Source: an uncultured Prevotellaceae bacterium (GTDB lineage Bacteria > Bacteroidota > Bacteroidia > Bacteroidales > Bacteroidaceae). Taken from it: 64,000 bases of DNA. Below are positions 1-9,379 of this stretch, in pieces. Under the pieces are notes generated by a model. It did no database searches. It saw nothing but the letters and a program-made list of their open reading frames with translations, and was not told the origin of the DNA. The position numbers and the translations under genes are program-made. Location of the stretch: NCBI GenBank assembly GCA_902779745.1, contig CACZCT010000001.1, positions 75 through 64,074 of the forward strand. Direction: 5' to 3'. How positions within the stretch are numbered: the stretch's first letter is position 1; each line of letters begins with the position of its first letter.

Positions 1-1
1 T

Positions 2-142
2 CCCCCTGTCACCGACAAGCAGAAAGGCATGGTCATGGGAAAAACGGAGAAAGAGAAAATCCTGCTGAAGCTGTCGCTGAGAGTTCCGCAGTCTGACACT
101 TTGTCGTATCCAGTGACCTTGGAGTGTACGTTGAAGAGGTAA
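2..142 (+). CDS. 3' end of a hypothetical protein (partial, starts before window)
   Basis: Open frame PPVTDKQKGM...LECTLKR ending at TAA 140-142, 7 nt before the next ATG. Confidence 0.6.
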   Translation, partial: PPVTDKQKGMVMGKTEKEKILLKLSLRVPQSDTLSYPVTLECTLKR

Positions 143-149
143 CAAGGTC

Positions 150-2378
150 ATGTTTACGAACGTTTTTAATAAGGTGTCAACAGCACTGGCGGCACTACTG
201 CTGCTGTGCGCTGCGAGTGCCGCTGCCCAAGTGCAGGGTGAGAACGGCTACTGGAAGTTCCGCGACGCAATGGTGTTCGGCGTCAGCGACGGCACGGAGG
301 AAAACAGCAGCAGCCGTACTGACAAGGAGGTTCACAAGTATGACAAGGGCCGCTTCACCGTCACACACCAATACGCCGAGGGCGGACAGACGTTTACGGC
401 TGAAGCCACGGGGGTGGTACAGGGACTGTCGAAGCAGGTGAAACCCGGCGACGAGATGACCCTCAGCATCAGCCTGTCGGCTCCCGGCGGTACAGGTCCC
501 CGCGGGAACAAAATCTGGGGACGTGCGCTGGTGGTTTACGGTCAGTTGGCATGGACACCTGAGAACTGGGAGGACGAGCGCATAGAGGCAGACCGCAGCT
601 ACACGGGTGAGTTTACCGACAATAGCGGTGAGTCGGTGGTCAGGGCTGCCGATGGCAAGAAGGCCTCGGCGATGCTGAAGAACAATGCCGTGACGATGAA
701 GGACGCCGGCAGCGACATCATGAACGTCATTGTGGCGTGTGGTGGTATGGACGTAGTGTTCCGTTATCAGTGGATCAGCACTGAGGAGGCCTGGGTATGC
801 ACGAGGAGTAAGGGCATCAGGTTGGGCACGTACTTCTTGAACGAAAATGAACAGGTAAAGGTGACGACCACGCGCAACGGTGACCTTTATCTGAGCCGTT
901 ACGAGGTGGTGAAAAGCATGGAGGGCGACTTCCAACGTAACCTGCAGCAACAAGCCAATCAGGCAGCGGGATTCAAACCCCGCATCTACGAGCGCAAAGG
1001 CGAGAAAGGCTCTGTAGAGTTTCAGCTTGTCTGCCCCGACAAAATACTGTATCCAGGCAAGGAGATTGAACTGCTGTCGAAAAATCTGAGCATGAACACC
1101 AGCTTCTTCAGCGACCAGAACATCATTGACGAAACAGCACGTAAGGCTGTCCTGTTTAGTGTTGACATCAATTACATTGCCAAGATGTGTGGTGTCAACG
1201 GTGAATGGTACGTCAACCTGATCAATGAAAACGGCGATAAATTAGTTGAAAGTGGATTTGCAAACGGCAAGTATAAGGTGCCTCAGAAAGAAGAAGAGGT
1301 AAGCAAGCTCATTTTCTACAACAATAATTTCCTCTATGAGTACGAATGGGGCTCGCCTGCCGAGTTCGAGGAGAAGAACGGCAACAATGAAGGCAGTCCC
1401 TTTGAGGGCGGCGACAACAACGAGGAAGGTAACAAAGGCGGTGACAACGAGGGCGGTAGCATCCCCTGGGGAGCCATCGGCACGGGTGTCGGCATCGGTG
1501 TCATCGGTGGCACGACGGCGACAGTTATACGCAAGCGCCGCAAGAAGAAGAAGTCCAAGACAAAACCCAAGGTGAAGCGGAAGCCAGGAGAGAGCTACGA
1601 AAGTTATCGCAACCACCTGATAGAGGAGTTCGTCAAGACGGAGGGCATCAAGCACCCCATCACGCCCGAGAAGGGCGAGACGTTCGACGAGTGGCGTGCC
1701 CGTCAGGAAGTGGCCACCCGCGAATGGCGCAAGTATGACCTCCAAAAGGAAAAGTATGAGAACCTAATGGAGGAGAAGTACTCGACGCTGGGCCACGACC
1801 AAACCAGAAAAGCCATCAACGACCAGCACGGACGCGACCTGAACGACAAGAAGGCTGCCGACCGGACGGCTAGGAACTGGAACTACGCCTACAATACCAC
1901 TTTAGGAGTCAGGAGGGTTGCCGGATACTCAGCCAAGGTTGTCGAATGGTACGCCAAGAAGACAACCGACCCCACAGGCGTCATTGCCGCCAAGATTGGC
2001 CAGGGACTCATCAACACGGCCGACGAACTTGGTCAGGTAATAGCCGATGGTACCAGCTGGGGCGAGGGGGTTGCGCGTGTTGCAATCAAGGGCGGTGGCG
2101 AGACAGCCAAGCAGATGCTACCCGAGTCGCTCTCATTCGGCCAAGGCGTTGCCTACAAGACAGGCATCGACACCTTCAGTAACACACTTATCGATGCAGT
2201 GAAAGGCAAGGACATGAAAACGACGAAGGTTGTGAAGGAGGCTGTCAAGAACCTGACACAGAACACGACCTCCGACGCCATGGGCAAGGTGATAGACCCA
2301 GACAGCATATTCGGACAATACGTTAAGCATGCTTTAGACGACGGTCGTGGCGAATTAATAAACTTGGTATTTGAATAA
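150..2378 (+). CDS. Single-pass membrane protein: signal peptide, two-domain exported region, TM, helical cytoplasmic tail
   Basis: 742 aa; signal peptide ending AAAQ; TM GAIGTGVGIGVIGGTTATVI followed by RKRRKKKK; Gly/Ala-rich helical C-terminus. Confidence 0.8.
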   Translation: MFTNVFNKVSTALAALLLLCAASAAAQVQGENGYWKFRDAMVFGVSDGTEENSSSRTDKEVHKYDKGRFTVTHQYAEGGQTFTAEATGVVQGLSKQVKPGDEMTLSISLSAPGGTGPRGNKIWGRALVVYGQLAWTPENWEDERIEADRSYTGEFTDNSGESVVRAADGKKASAMLKNNAVTMKDAGSDIMNVIVACGGMDVVFRYQWISTEEAWVCTRSKGIRLGTYFLNENEQVKVTTTRNGDLYLSRYEVVKSMEGDFQRNLQQQANQAAGFKPRIYERKGEKGSVEFQLVCPDKILYPGKEIELLSKNLSMNTSFFSDQNIIDETARKAVLFSVDINYIAKMCGVNGEWYVNLINENGDKLVESGFANGKYKVPQKEEEVSKLIFYNNNFLYEYEWGSPAEFEEKNGNNEGSPFEGGDNNEEGNKGGDNEGGSIPWGAIGTGVGIGVIGGTTATVIRKRRKKKKSKTKPKVKRKPGESYESYRNHLIEEFVKTEGIKHPITPEKGETFDEWRARQEVATREWRKYDLQKEKYENLMEEKYSTLGHDQTRKAINDQHGRDLNDKKAADRTARNWNYAYNTTLGVRRVAGYSAKVVEWYAKKTTDPTGVIAAKIGQGLINTADELGQVIADGTSWGEGVARVAIKGGGETAKQMLPESLSFGQGVAYKTGIDTFSNTLIDAVKGKDMKTTKVVKEAVKNLTQNTTSDAMGKVIDPDSIFGQYVKHALDDGRGELINLVFE

Positions 2379-2397
2379 CAAACGAAATACAATAACG

Positions 2398-2736
2398 ATG
2401 AATAACGACGAACAGACAAGCACAACTGCCGAGAAATTCGTGCAGATAACAAAGGCGGGCAACTTAGTGGTGCTCGACCCGCTGACGCTGACAGAGACTT
2501 TCTTCACCGCCAACGAGACCCACGACCGCTTCACCAATCCCAAAGGCGAGGAGCTGAAGGCTGAGGAAATCTTGATAGCCGTCAACGAACGGCTGAGCCA
2601 GGCCTTTGAACAGCTGAAGGCTGAGCAGAAGCCTGAGTCCACCACCATGGGCGGCAACCGCTTCTGCAAAGACTGTGGCAAACCGCTGATTGAGGGCGAC
2701 AGTTTCTGCCGCAACTGTGGTAAGAGAATAGAATAA
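2398..2736 (+). CDS. Small zinc-ribbon protein
   Basis: C-terminal FCKDCG-x9-CRNCG; ATG 2398 preferred to TTG 2371. Confidence 0.75.
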   Translation: MNNDEQTSTTAEKFVQITKAGNLVVLDPLTLTETFFTANETHDRFTNPKGEELKAEEILIAVNERLSQAFEQLKAEQKPESTTMGGNRFCKDCGKPLIEGDSFCRNCGKRIE

Positions 2737-2759
2737 AGTGATACTTAAACAGGAAAACT

Positions 2760-3437
2760 ATGCATAAGTTATTCGTACGAGGCGACCATTGCTGCAGGAA
2801 CTGCGGCATCGCCATAGCCGTTTTGTCTGCGACCATGATGCTGACGGGGTGTGACCCTCACTGGTCCAATGCGCAACGCCACATAGAGTGGGCACTAAAC
2901 CCCGATGACGGTTCATGGCTGACCACTGACCAGATTATTGACAAGTTCTCATCCGACAAAGCTACACGGTCGGACAAAGTATGGGGGCGCGACTGTATTA
3001 TAGAACTGCCTCTTACCAACGCAGATATACGACCACAAGAGGGTGTCAACTATGTCGGCACGGGCTCCGGTACGACCATGCTGTTCCAATTCTCTAAAAA
3101 CGCAGATACTTTGCGCCATACGGTTGGCAAAGTTGACATCAATTGGCGTGAAGACCGTTGGGGCTGTAATGTGTCAGAAGATGAAATAAAGTTGAATCCT
3201 CACAGATTCAACTCAAAGACTTATTTCGTCGAGTCACGTGGCAAGAGTGTCTATACCTTATATGAATATGAGGAAAGGACTGATACCTTGGGCAACCCTA
3301 TTGTCGACAGCCTCGGCAATGTACAGGCCGACATCTATCGCTTAGGCCTGGTGCTCTTTGTCTACCCGAGCGCCGACAGTATTCTGGTACATCGCGGCAG
3401 CGAGGAGACACGACGGACATTTAAGATTAACCCATAA
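2760..3437 (+). CDS. Putative lipoprotein, paralog of 12246..12896
   Basis: Lipobox LTGC; shares WLT, DTL, FVxSRGK and VYPxxDSxLVxRG motifs with the 12246 ORF. Confidence 0.75.
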   Translation: MHKLFVRGDHCCRNCGIAIAVLSATMMLTGCDPHWSNAQRHIEWALNPDDGSWLTTDQIIDKFSSDKATRSDKVWGRDCIIELPLTNADIRPQEGVNYVGTGSGTTMLFQFSKNADTLRHTVGKVDINWREDRWGCNVSEDEIKLNPHRFNSKTYFVESRGKSVYTLYEYEERTDTLGNPIVDSLGNVQADIYRLGLVLFVYPSADSILVHRGSEETRRTFKINP

Positions 3438-3449
3438 TTTTAGAAAACT

Positions 3450-4244
3450 ATGGCATCATTTTTGCAAAATCTGATTAACAATGCTACAAACAGCATGAGT
3501 GAGGGAATCAAAAAAAGAGTCGAGGACGGCACGTTCAATCGTCTGGCCAGTGACTTCGGTAGGGACATCAACAGCTTAGGAGCCGGTATGGCGAACCTCG
3601 TCAGCATGGCCGAGGGTGCCTTTGGCAAGCTGAAGAACAAGGTTTCCGAGGCAAAAGCCAACCGTGAACAGGAGCGAGCCGAGCGTAAAGCCGAGCAGGA
3701 GGAGCGTGAACGCAAGGCGGAACAGCTCAGGGCTGAGCGACTGGCTATGATGGAAAAAGATGAGTCGGAACCATCTGACGACGAAGATTCCTATGTTGCA
3801 CCCATCGCCCTTACTGATGAGTTTATGGAACGTCTGGCACGCGACTTCGACATTCAGAGCGAAGATGACCTGCATGCGCTCTGCCTGACTCGTCTCACGG
3901 CTCAGACAGCCTTGTTCTTTGCCAACTGCGACGGCGACTATACCGAACAGGAGCGCCAAAGTATTGAGACTTTCAAAGAGATGGTGTACGAGTACCTCGA
4001 TGGTATGGAAGAGGGTTCCGCGGATGCCATCGAGTTTTTGTTCGACGGCATAGAACGTCCATACACCATCCATGATATCATGGTCATGACCCATCGCTTT
4101 ACTGACGGACTGGACGAGAAAGATCGCATGGAGACGTTGGAGAGCATCGACTGGCTGGTTAGCAAGATCATTGAAGCCGACCGACGCGACGACATGCGGA
4201 CCGAAGACTATTACGACCAGTGGCGCCAGGAGTTCAGACTATAA
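3450..4244 (+). CDS. TerB-like protein with N-terminal amphipathic/coiled-coil region
   Basis: FFANCDGDYTEQE and IIEAD match the paired TerB (A)DG..E motifs; E/R/K-rich coiled coil. Confidence 0.65.
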   Translation: MASFLQNLINNATNSMSEGIKKRVEDGTFNRLASDFGRDINSLGAGMANLVSMAEGAFGKLKNKVSEAKANREQERAERKAEQEERERKAEQLRAERLAMMEKDESEPSDDEDSYVAPIALTDEFMERLARDFDIQSEDDLHALCLTRLTAQTALFFANCDGDYTEQERQSIETFKEMVYEYLDGMEEGSADAIEFLFDGIERPYTIHDIMVMTHRFTDGLDEKDRMETLESIDWLVSKIIEADRRDDMRTEDYYDQWRQEFRL

Positions 4245-4280
4245 AGTACTCTTTCGAAAATCAGTAAATTGTAGATAACA

Positions 4281-5555
4281 ATGGCATATTGTGGAAAGTG
4301 TGGACAGAAAAACCCCGATGGCGCAGCATTCTGCTTTGCCTGTGGTGCAGGGTTGCAGGTGAGCAACACACCAGAAGATAATCCTGCCAGCCAGCCTGGC
4401 TCGTTCCGTGTAAATATACCCCATCGCGACGGCACACCGCCACGTCGTGAGGGTGCGCCTCCTGCCCAAGACCGTTGGCGCAGCCGTATCAACGAGCGTA
4501 AACGCGACAAAGAGCCACACAATGCTTATGATACAAGCCAGACTAACCGCAATAAGGGTAGCATGGGTGGTGGCTGCCTGAAGCGCACGCTTTTGTGGGC
4601 GCTAGGACTCATTGTGGTAATATCGGCCATCGCCTGGGGCGTAAGCAAGTGCAGCAGGAGTGGTCAAGGCGGCAACGGCGACAAAGGAGAAAATGACGAC
4701 ATGACGAATATAGAGCAAATCATGTCGAAGAGCGCCCTCGACTCGCTCATGGAGAAAAAAGGTTCTTTCGAGAAAGATAATGGCGACGTTGTCCCCCGTC
4801 CAGGAAGATATGAGGGTAAAGCCGTTGGTCAATTGGTAACCTTTGACGTTATGCCCGAGCCTAACGGAAAGATTGTTGGAAAGGTTCACGTGGAGATGGA
4901 CGGTGAAACTATCCGTGATTGCATCTATGCCTACTGCGGCAATGGTATCTATGCCATGTACATTGGTGAGGCAATATATGACGACCCAGACGAATACTTC
5001 CAGGTTTTACTCGACCATGAGACCATCTCGTACAAGAACGGATATACAGGCATTACAGTGACTTACAAAGGTCCCTTAGAGGGTCAAGAAGGCAGTGGCG
5101 ACGCTTCAGAAAGCAGTAACATCATAAAGTGTATGGACGAGGAACGGCTTGCCGCTGTCATCAAAAAGGAGGGTTTCCCAGAAACCAACGAAAACCATGC
5201 GCTAAAGTACGGCACTTACAACTTCAAAGCGTCAAAGGGGGACGAAACGCATACCATGAGCATCCGTTTGGAGCGGTATGACGGCAACAATAATATGATT
5301 GCGGCAAAGATGTCCATGCTGGCTGACGAGAAAGAGACTTTCAGAGGCTTTGTAGGCTACTGCGGTTCCAGCATCTATGCCATATACATGAAAGATGTCG
5401 ACACCGACCCATACGAAGATGACGACATCAAGATGAACAAGCATACCAACGATTACTTCTACGCCAACTCAGATGGTTCCATCAGCATGTACTTTGACGG
5501 CAAAGAGAAAGTCAGGCTGAAGCAAGGTGAAATGGAAACAGTAGACTTGAATTGA
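4281..5555 (+). CDS. Zinc-ribbon, TM, tandem exported domain protein
   Basis: YCGKCG...FCFACG N-terminus; TM LLWALGLIVVISAIAWGV; internal repeat YCGNGIYAMY / YCGSSIYAIY. Confidence 0.8.
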   Translation: MAYCGKCGQKNPDGAAFCFACGAGLQVSNTPEDNPASQPGSFRVNIPHRDGTPPRREGAPPAQDRWRSRINERKRDKEPHNAYDTSQTNRNKGSMGGGCLKRTLLWALGLIVVISAIAWGVSKCSRSGQGGNGDKGENDDMTNIEQIMSKSALDSLMEKKGSFEKDNGDVVPRPGRYEGKAVGQLVTFDVMPEPNGKIVGKVHVEMDGETIRDCIYAYCGNGIYAMYIGEAIYDDPDEYFQVLLDHETISYKNGYTGITVTYKGPLEGQEGSGDASESSNIIKCMDEERLAAVIKKEGFPETNENHALKYGTYNFKASKGDETHTMSIRLERYDGNNNMIAAKMSMLADEKETFRGFVGYCGSSIYAIYMKDVDTDPYEDDDIKMNKHTNDYFYANSDGSISMYFDGKEKVRLKQGEMETVDLN

Positions 5556-5576
5556 TCATCAAATTCTAAATCAAAT

Positions 5577-8500
5577 ATGGTGGCAAAAAGAATCTTGAAA
5601 GTCCTTCTTCCCATCGTTGTCCTTACTGCGATGGTGCTTCTCCCTCTGACGACCAAAGCAGGAGAGCCCTATACTGTCATGTTGACACATGGCGGACTTG
5701 ATGGGGCATCGTATAAGGCACGTTTCACCATCGAGGGGGCTTCGGATATCCAACCCGACGGGCAAGGCGTAGGCAACGATTATGCTATACTGACCGGCTC
5801 TGCCAATCCCAATGGCAAGATTACCGTCACGATGGAATGGGTGGAGTGCAACGGTGCTGAGGAAGACCTGCAGCAGAAGCGTATCGATGTCATGATTGGT
5901 AACCGCGGCTATAATGGCGATGCAATGCGAGACGATGCCAAACTACAGTTTGGCAGGGCCAGCAGTGGCATAGACAACAGCCTCGACAAGGTGGTGTACA
6001 CCTTCGACCTAAAGGACTTCAAAAAGGCAGACCCTACAGCGAAAGACTCCACTTTGACGGTCGAGGCTACTAGCACTGTGCAGTTCGGTAGCACACAGTC
6101 AGAAACGTCTGTGAGACTTAAGTTGGAACTCAACGGAAAAACAACATCAGCCACCAACCTTCATCATACCGAGGACAATAAGGCTTCCGAGGAAAAAGGC
6201 ACTCAAAAGTATGTCATCCCCACCGTCATCGGCGGTGTTCTGTTGGGTGGCTTAGGGTGGCTGCACCGCAAGATGAAGAGGAGGAAGAAAAAGGACGGAG
6301 GCGCTGATGGCAGCGACAGTAGCGACGAAGGCGGGGAAGAGCAAGACGACGAGCCCGACGAGCTGCAGATGGAAATCTACAAGAACTTTGGCGACACGCT
6401 CATCGCCGGCGACGTAGCTGAGCAGGTGTCGGCGTGTATCATGCGACGTAAGCCGGGCTACCCCGAGTATGTCGACGAGAAACTTACCAGCCAGATACAG
6501 ATCTTCTCCGACGACGGATACATGGCCGTCCAGGATGCCGACATGGTGAACGGCTGGAAGTCGGCGTACATCCAGGCTCCTGAGTCGGAGACACCGCCCG
6601 AGGAAGGCATCGTGCAGTTCCGTATTGCCTCCAACGAGGCCAGCTACACCAACCGTATACACTTCAAGATACAGAAGGGCAAGATTGTTTTCGGACAGGA
6701 CAACCTCACCCTGCCCGCCATGCACGAAGAAGCCGTCGAGCTGCCGTTCATCATCGTGGGTATGGACTGGAAAGGCACCAAGGTCACCGCCACGCTGACC
6801 AACCAGGATGGCAAGCAGCACTCCGAGTTCGGCAAGAATGACTATAACATCTGGGCCCGCTATGACCGAGACCAGAAATTCTGGTTGCTGCACATTAAGG
6901 ATATGTGGATGAGCGAGGAAGAGAATGCCAAGTACTTGCCCGGCGACGTGCTATCCTACTTCGTCGACTTGGAGGCCAAGAACAAGCAGGGCTTCACCAT
7001 CAAGGAACGCCTGCCGCTCTACCGCTTCTACATGGGATTGGCCTTCCAGCCCGAGAGCAGCAACTTGGGCTGCTACTTTGAACCGTACGACCCCATACAC
7101 CATATCGACTCGCTCTGTGTGCAGAAACTGGACGGGCAGGAGGTGACACCCGCCGAGACACGCTGTCTGCTACGCTATTATACCTGGGACAAGGAGACAC
7201 ACAAGATTGTCATCCTCAACCCCGCCCTGCAGGACGACCGCATGGCGGATACAGAAGAAGGACCGCGCCTGGACCGTGCCTTCAAGGTCGTGTGTAAGGA
7301 CGAGGCCCAGCAGGAACGTGTCAACAGGCTCGGTATGCAGCTCATTGCCAAGACTGACTCCAAGGGCAAGCCCTATTATATATTAAGGTGTCGTTACGGC
7401 GTGCTCAATGCCCCGAACCGACTCAATGCCCAGCTCCAACTGCGCTGCAAGGTCGGCAAGGAGGAGTGTGTGGCTATACGTGACGTGACTCTGATGTCGC
7501 AGCCCAAACCCTCGTTCAAGTCGCCTGTCGACATGCTCGAATGGCAGAAGAAGCAGAACAAGACGCTCGAGGCCCTCGAACAACTGGACCGTGATATCTA
7601 CGCCGCAGGTCTCGGCGACCATCTGGCCCCACTGGTCAACTACCTGCGCCTGCATGTTGACGCCTTCTATCAGGACAACCACTACGGATTCGACGAACGC
7701 TGTGTCAAGGCCATCTTCAACACCCATCACCACGTGCTCGAAGGCCTTCAGGCTGAGGCCAATAGTCATCCCCTTGTGGCCTGCGACAACCTGGAGGAGG
7801 TCACCTGGGAGTATTTCAAGGCCATGCGCACCACCATCAACGATATGCCCGGCTGGCAGAAGCTGTTCTTCAGTGTCGCCACGTTCGGTGCCTTCGACGT
7901 GGCAACTGGTGCCATCGAGGTCGTCGGTGCTATGAAGGACTATGTCGACAAGGGCGGTGACAGCGCATTTGGTGCCTTCTATGTCGGCGTGAAGATAGTA
8001 ACTCTCAAATACCTGCAAGATAAGGCTCAGGCCATCGGCACCGCTGCTGTCAAGAACTACATCAAGACCGGCAAAACGGACATCTGGAAAGAGACCAAGA
8101 AACTCTACGCCGAGGAAATTAACACGGTAAAGACCTTCGGCAGGAAGGTACAGGCTGCCGATGCTGCCAAGGCCAAGAATGCCCAGGCCGACCAGAAAGC
8201 CGACGAACTGCTCACCGAGGCAAAGAAGAACCCTGCCAAGGCATCGGAGTACAGCGACGAAGCCGTTCAGTATGGCCGGAAACGTGCACAAAAGAACCTC
8301 GACGAGTTGCAGAAGTCTATTGACGAGCTGAAGGCTCACCCCTCCGAGGCCAACCTGATTCGCCGTAACGAGGCCATCATGCGCTGTCAGCAGGATAAGC
8401 AGACCATGATGATGCTCAAGGGTCAGAGCAACATCGAGACCATTGCTGCCTGCAACAACGGTGTGAATTTCGGGGAGTGCCGCAAGGTGGTCAACAACCA

Positions 8501-9314
8501 TCTTGACAGCATGTATACGGCCACCAACAACCGTGTGCAACAGCGTCTGTCTGCACTCAAGCCCGGCATGAAGCCCAACGATGTGAAGATATTCGGTGCC
8601 ACCTCATCCGACAAGGCAAAGCTGCTGAGTGGCAAGTCCATCACTTTCGACCGCGACGTCACCTATTACTATATAGACAAGGCAACGGGCAAGATGGAAT
8701 ACTTCCCACAGGGCATCACCGAGAAAATCTATGCCGAGGAATTCTATCAGGTAGCACGCCTCGGCACCAGTGGCGGACAGTCAGCCATCTTTAAGTCCAC
8801 TACCCAGGCGGCCCGTGAGTTTGCCAAGAAGATGGACCAGACGGTGGTGGAAGACGTGCTGCACCATGCCGAGAGCTACGGCATAGACCTGCCGAAGATG
8901 CTCGACAAGGCCTTGAAGAGTCAAAAACTCACCAATCCCGAAAAGGTGGCCGAGGCCGTGCTCTATAAAGGACAGGAGCGTTTTTACATAGCCGAAAAGC
9001 TGATGAAGGCCGCCAAGGAGGCAGGTGAAGATGCTCTCGATCTGCAGGCCTGTGCCATCAGCGAACTCATCGAAGGCTGTCGTCAACAGGTGAAGGTGTT
9101 CGACCTTCTCGATGCCCGCGACATAGCCCGACTCGGTGCCAATGGTGCCAGCAAGATTCCCGACGTACTTCGTGGTGGCATCGCCATCATGCGCAAACTC
9201 GCCGTCAAGGGCAGCACCGATGTCAAGACGGCGCAATCGGCACTCAGCGCCCTGGGACTCACCTTTGAAGAAGTCACCAAGGAAATGTACCGTACGGTGC
9301 TCGCGATTGGATAA
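5577..9314 (+). CDS. Large single-pass membrane protein with ~1000 aa cytoplasmic region and putative C-terminal effector domain
   Basis: 1245 aa; signal peptide; TM VIPTVIGGVLLGGLGWL then HRKMKRRKKK; acidic linker; hydrophobic helical pair; FDRDVT motif. Confidence 0.8.
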   Translation: MVAKRILKVLLPIVVLTAMVLLPLTTKAGEPYTVMLTHGGLDGASYKARFTIEGASDIQPDGQGVGNDYAILTGSANPNGKITVTMEWVECNGAEEDLQQKRIDVMIGNRGYNGDAMRDDAKLQFGRASSGIDNSLDKVVYTFDLKDFKKADPTAKDSTLTVEATSTVQFGSTQSETSVRLKLELNGKTTSATNLHHTEDNKASEEKGTQKYVIPTVIGGVLLGGLGWLHRKMKRRKKKDGGADGSDSSDEGGEEQDDEPDELQMEIYKNFGDTLIAGDVAEQVSACIMRRKPGYPEYVDEKLTSQIQIFSDDGYMAVQDADMVNGWKSAYIQAPESETPPEEGIVQFRIASNEASYTNRIHFKIQKGKIVFGQDNLTLPAMHEEAVELPFIIVGMDWKGTKVTATLTNQDGKQHSEFGKNDYNIWARYDRDQKFWLLHIKDMWMSEEENAKYLPGDVLSYFVDLEAKNKQGFTIKERLPLYRFYMGLAFQPESSNLGCYFEPYDPIHHIDSLCVQKLDGQEVTPAETRCLLRYYTWDKETHKIVILNPALQDDRMADTEEGPRLDRAFKVVCKDEAQQERVNRLGMQLIAKTDSKGKPYYILRCRYGVLNAPNRLNAQLQLRCKVGKEECVAIRDVTLMSQPKPSFKSPVDMLEWQKKQNKTLEALEQLDRDIYAAGLGDHLAPLVNYLRLHVDAFYQDNHYGFDERCVKAIFNTHHHVLEGLQAEANSHPLVACDNLEEVTWEYFKAMRTTINDMPGWQKLFFSVATFGAFDVATGAIEVVGAMKDYVDKGGDSAFGAFYVGVKIVTLKYLQDKAQAIGTAAVKNYIKTGKTDIWKETKKLYAEEINTVKTFGRKVQAADAAKAKNAQADQKADELLTEAKKNPAKASEYSDEAVQYGRKRAQKNLDELQKSIDELKAHPSEANLIRRNEAIMRCQQDKQTMMMLKGQSNIETIAACNNGVNFGECRKVVNNHLDSMYTATNNRVQQRLSALKPGMKPNDVKIFGATSSDKAKLLSGKSITFDRDVTYYYIDKATGKMEYFPQGITEKIYAEEFYQVARLGTSGGQSAIFKSTTQAAREFAKKMDQTVVEDVLHHAESYGIDLPKMLDKALKSQKLTNPEKVAEAVLYKGQERFYIAEKLMKAAKEAGEDALDLQACAISELIEGCRQQVKVFDLLDARDIARLGANGASKIPDVLRGGIAIMRKLAVKGSTDVKTAQSALSALGLTFEEVTKEMYRTVLAIG

Positions 9315-9379
9315 GCAAGAAAACATATACTATGACTTCGTGCTGAACTATGATATAGAATGTACTAAAGTAAACAACT

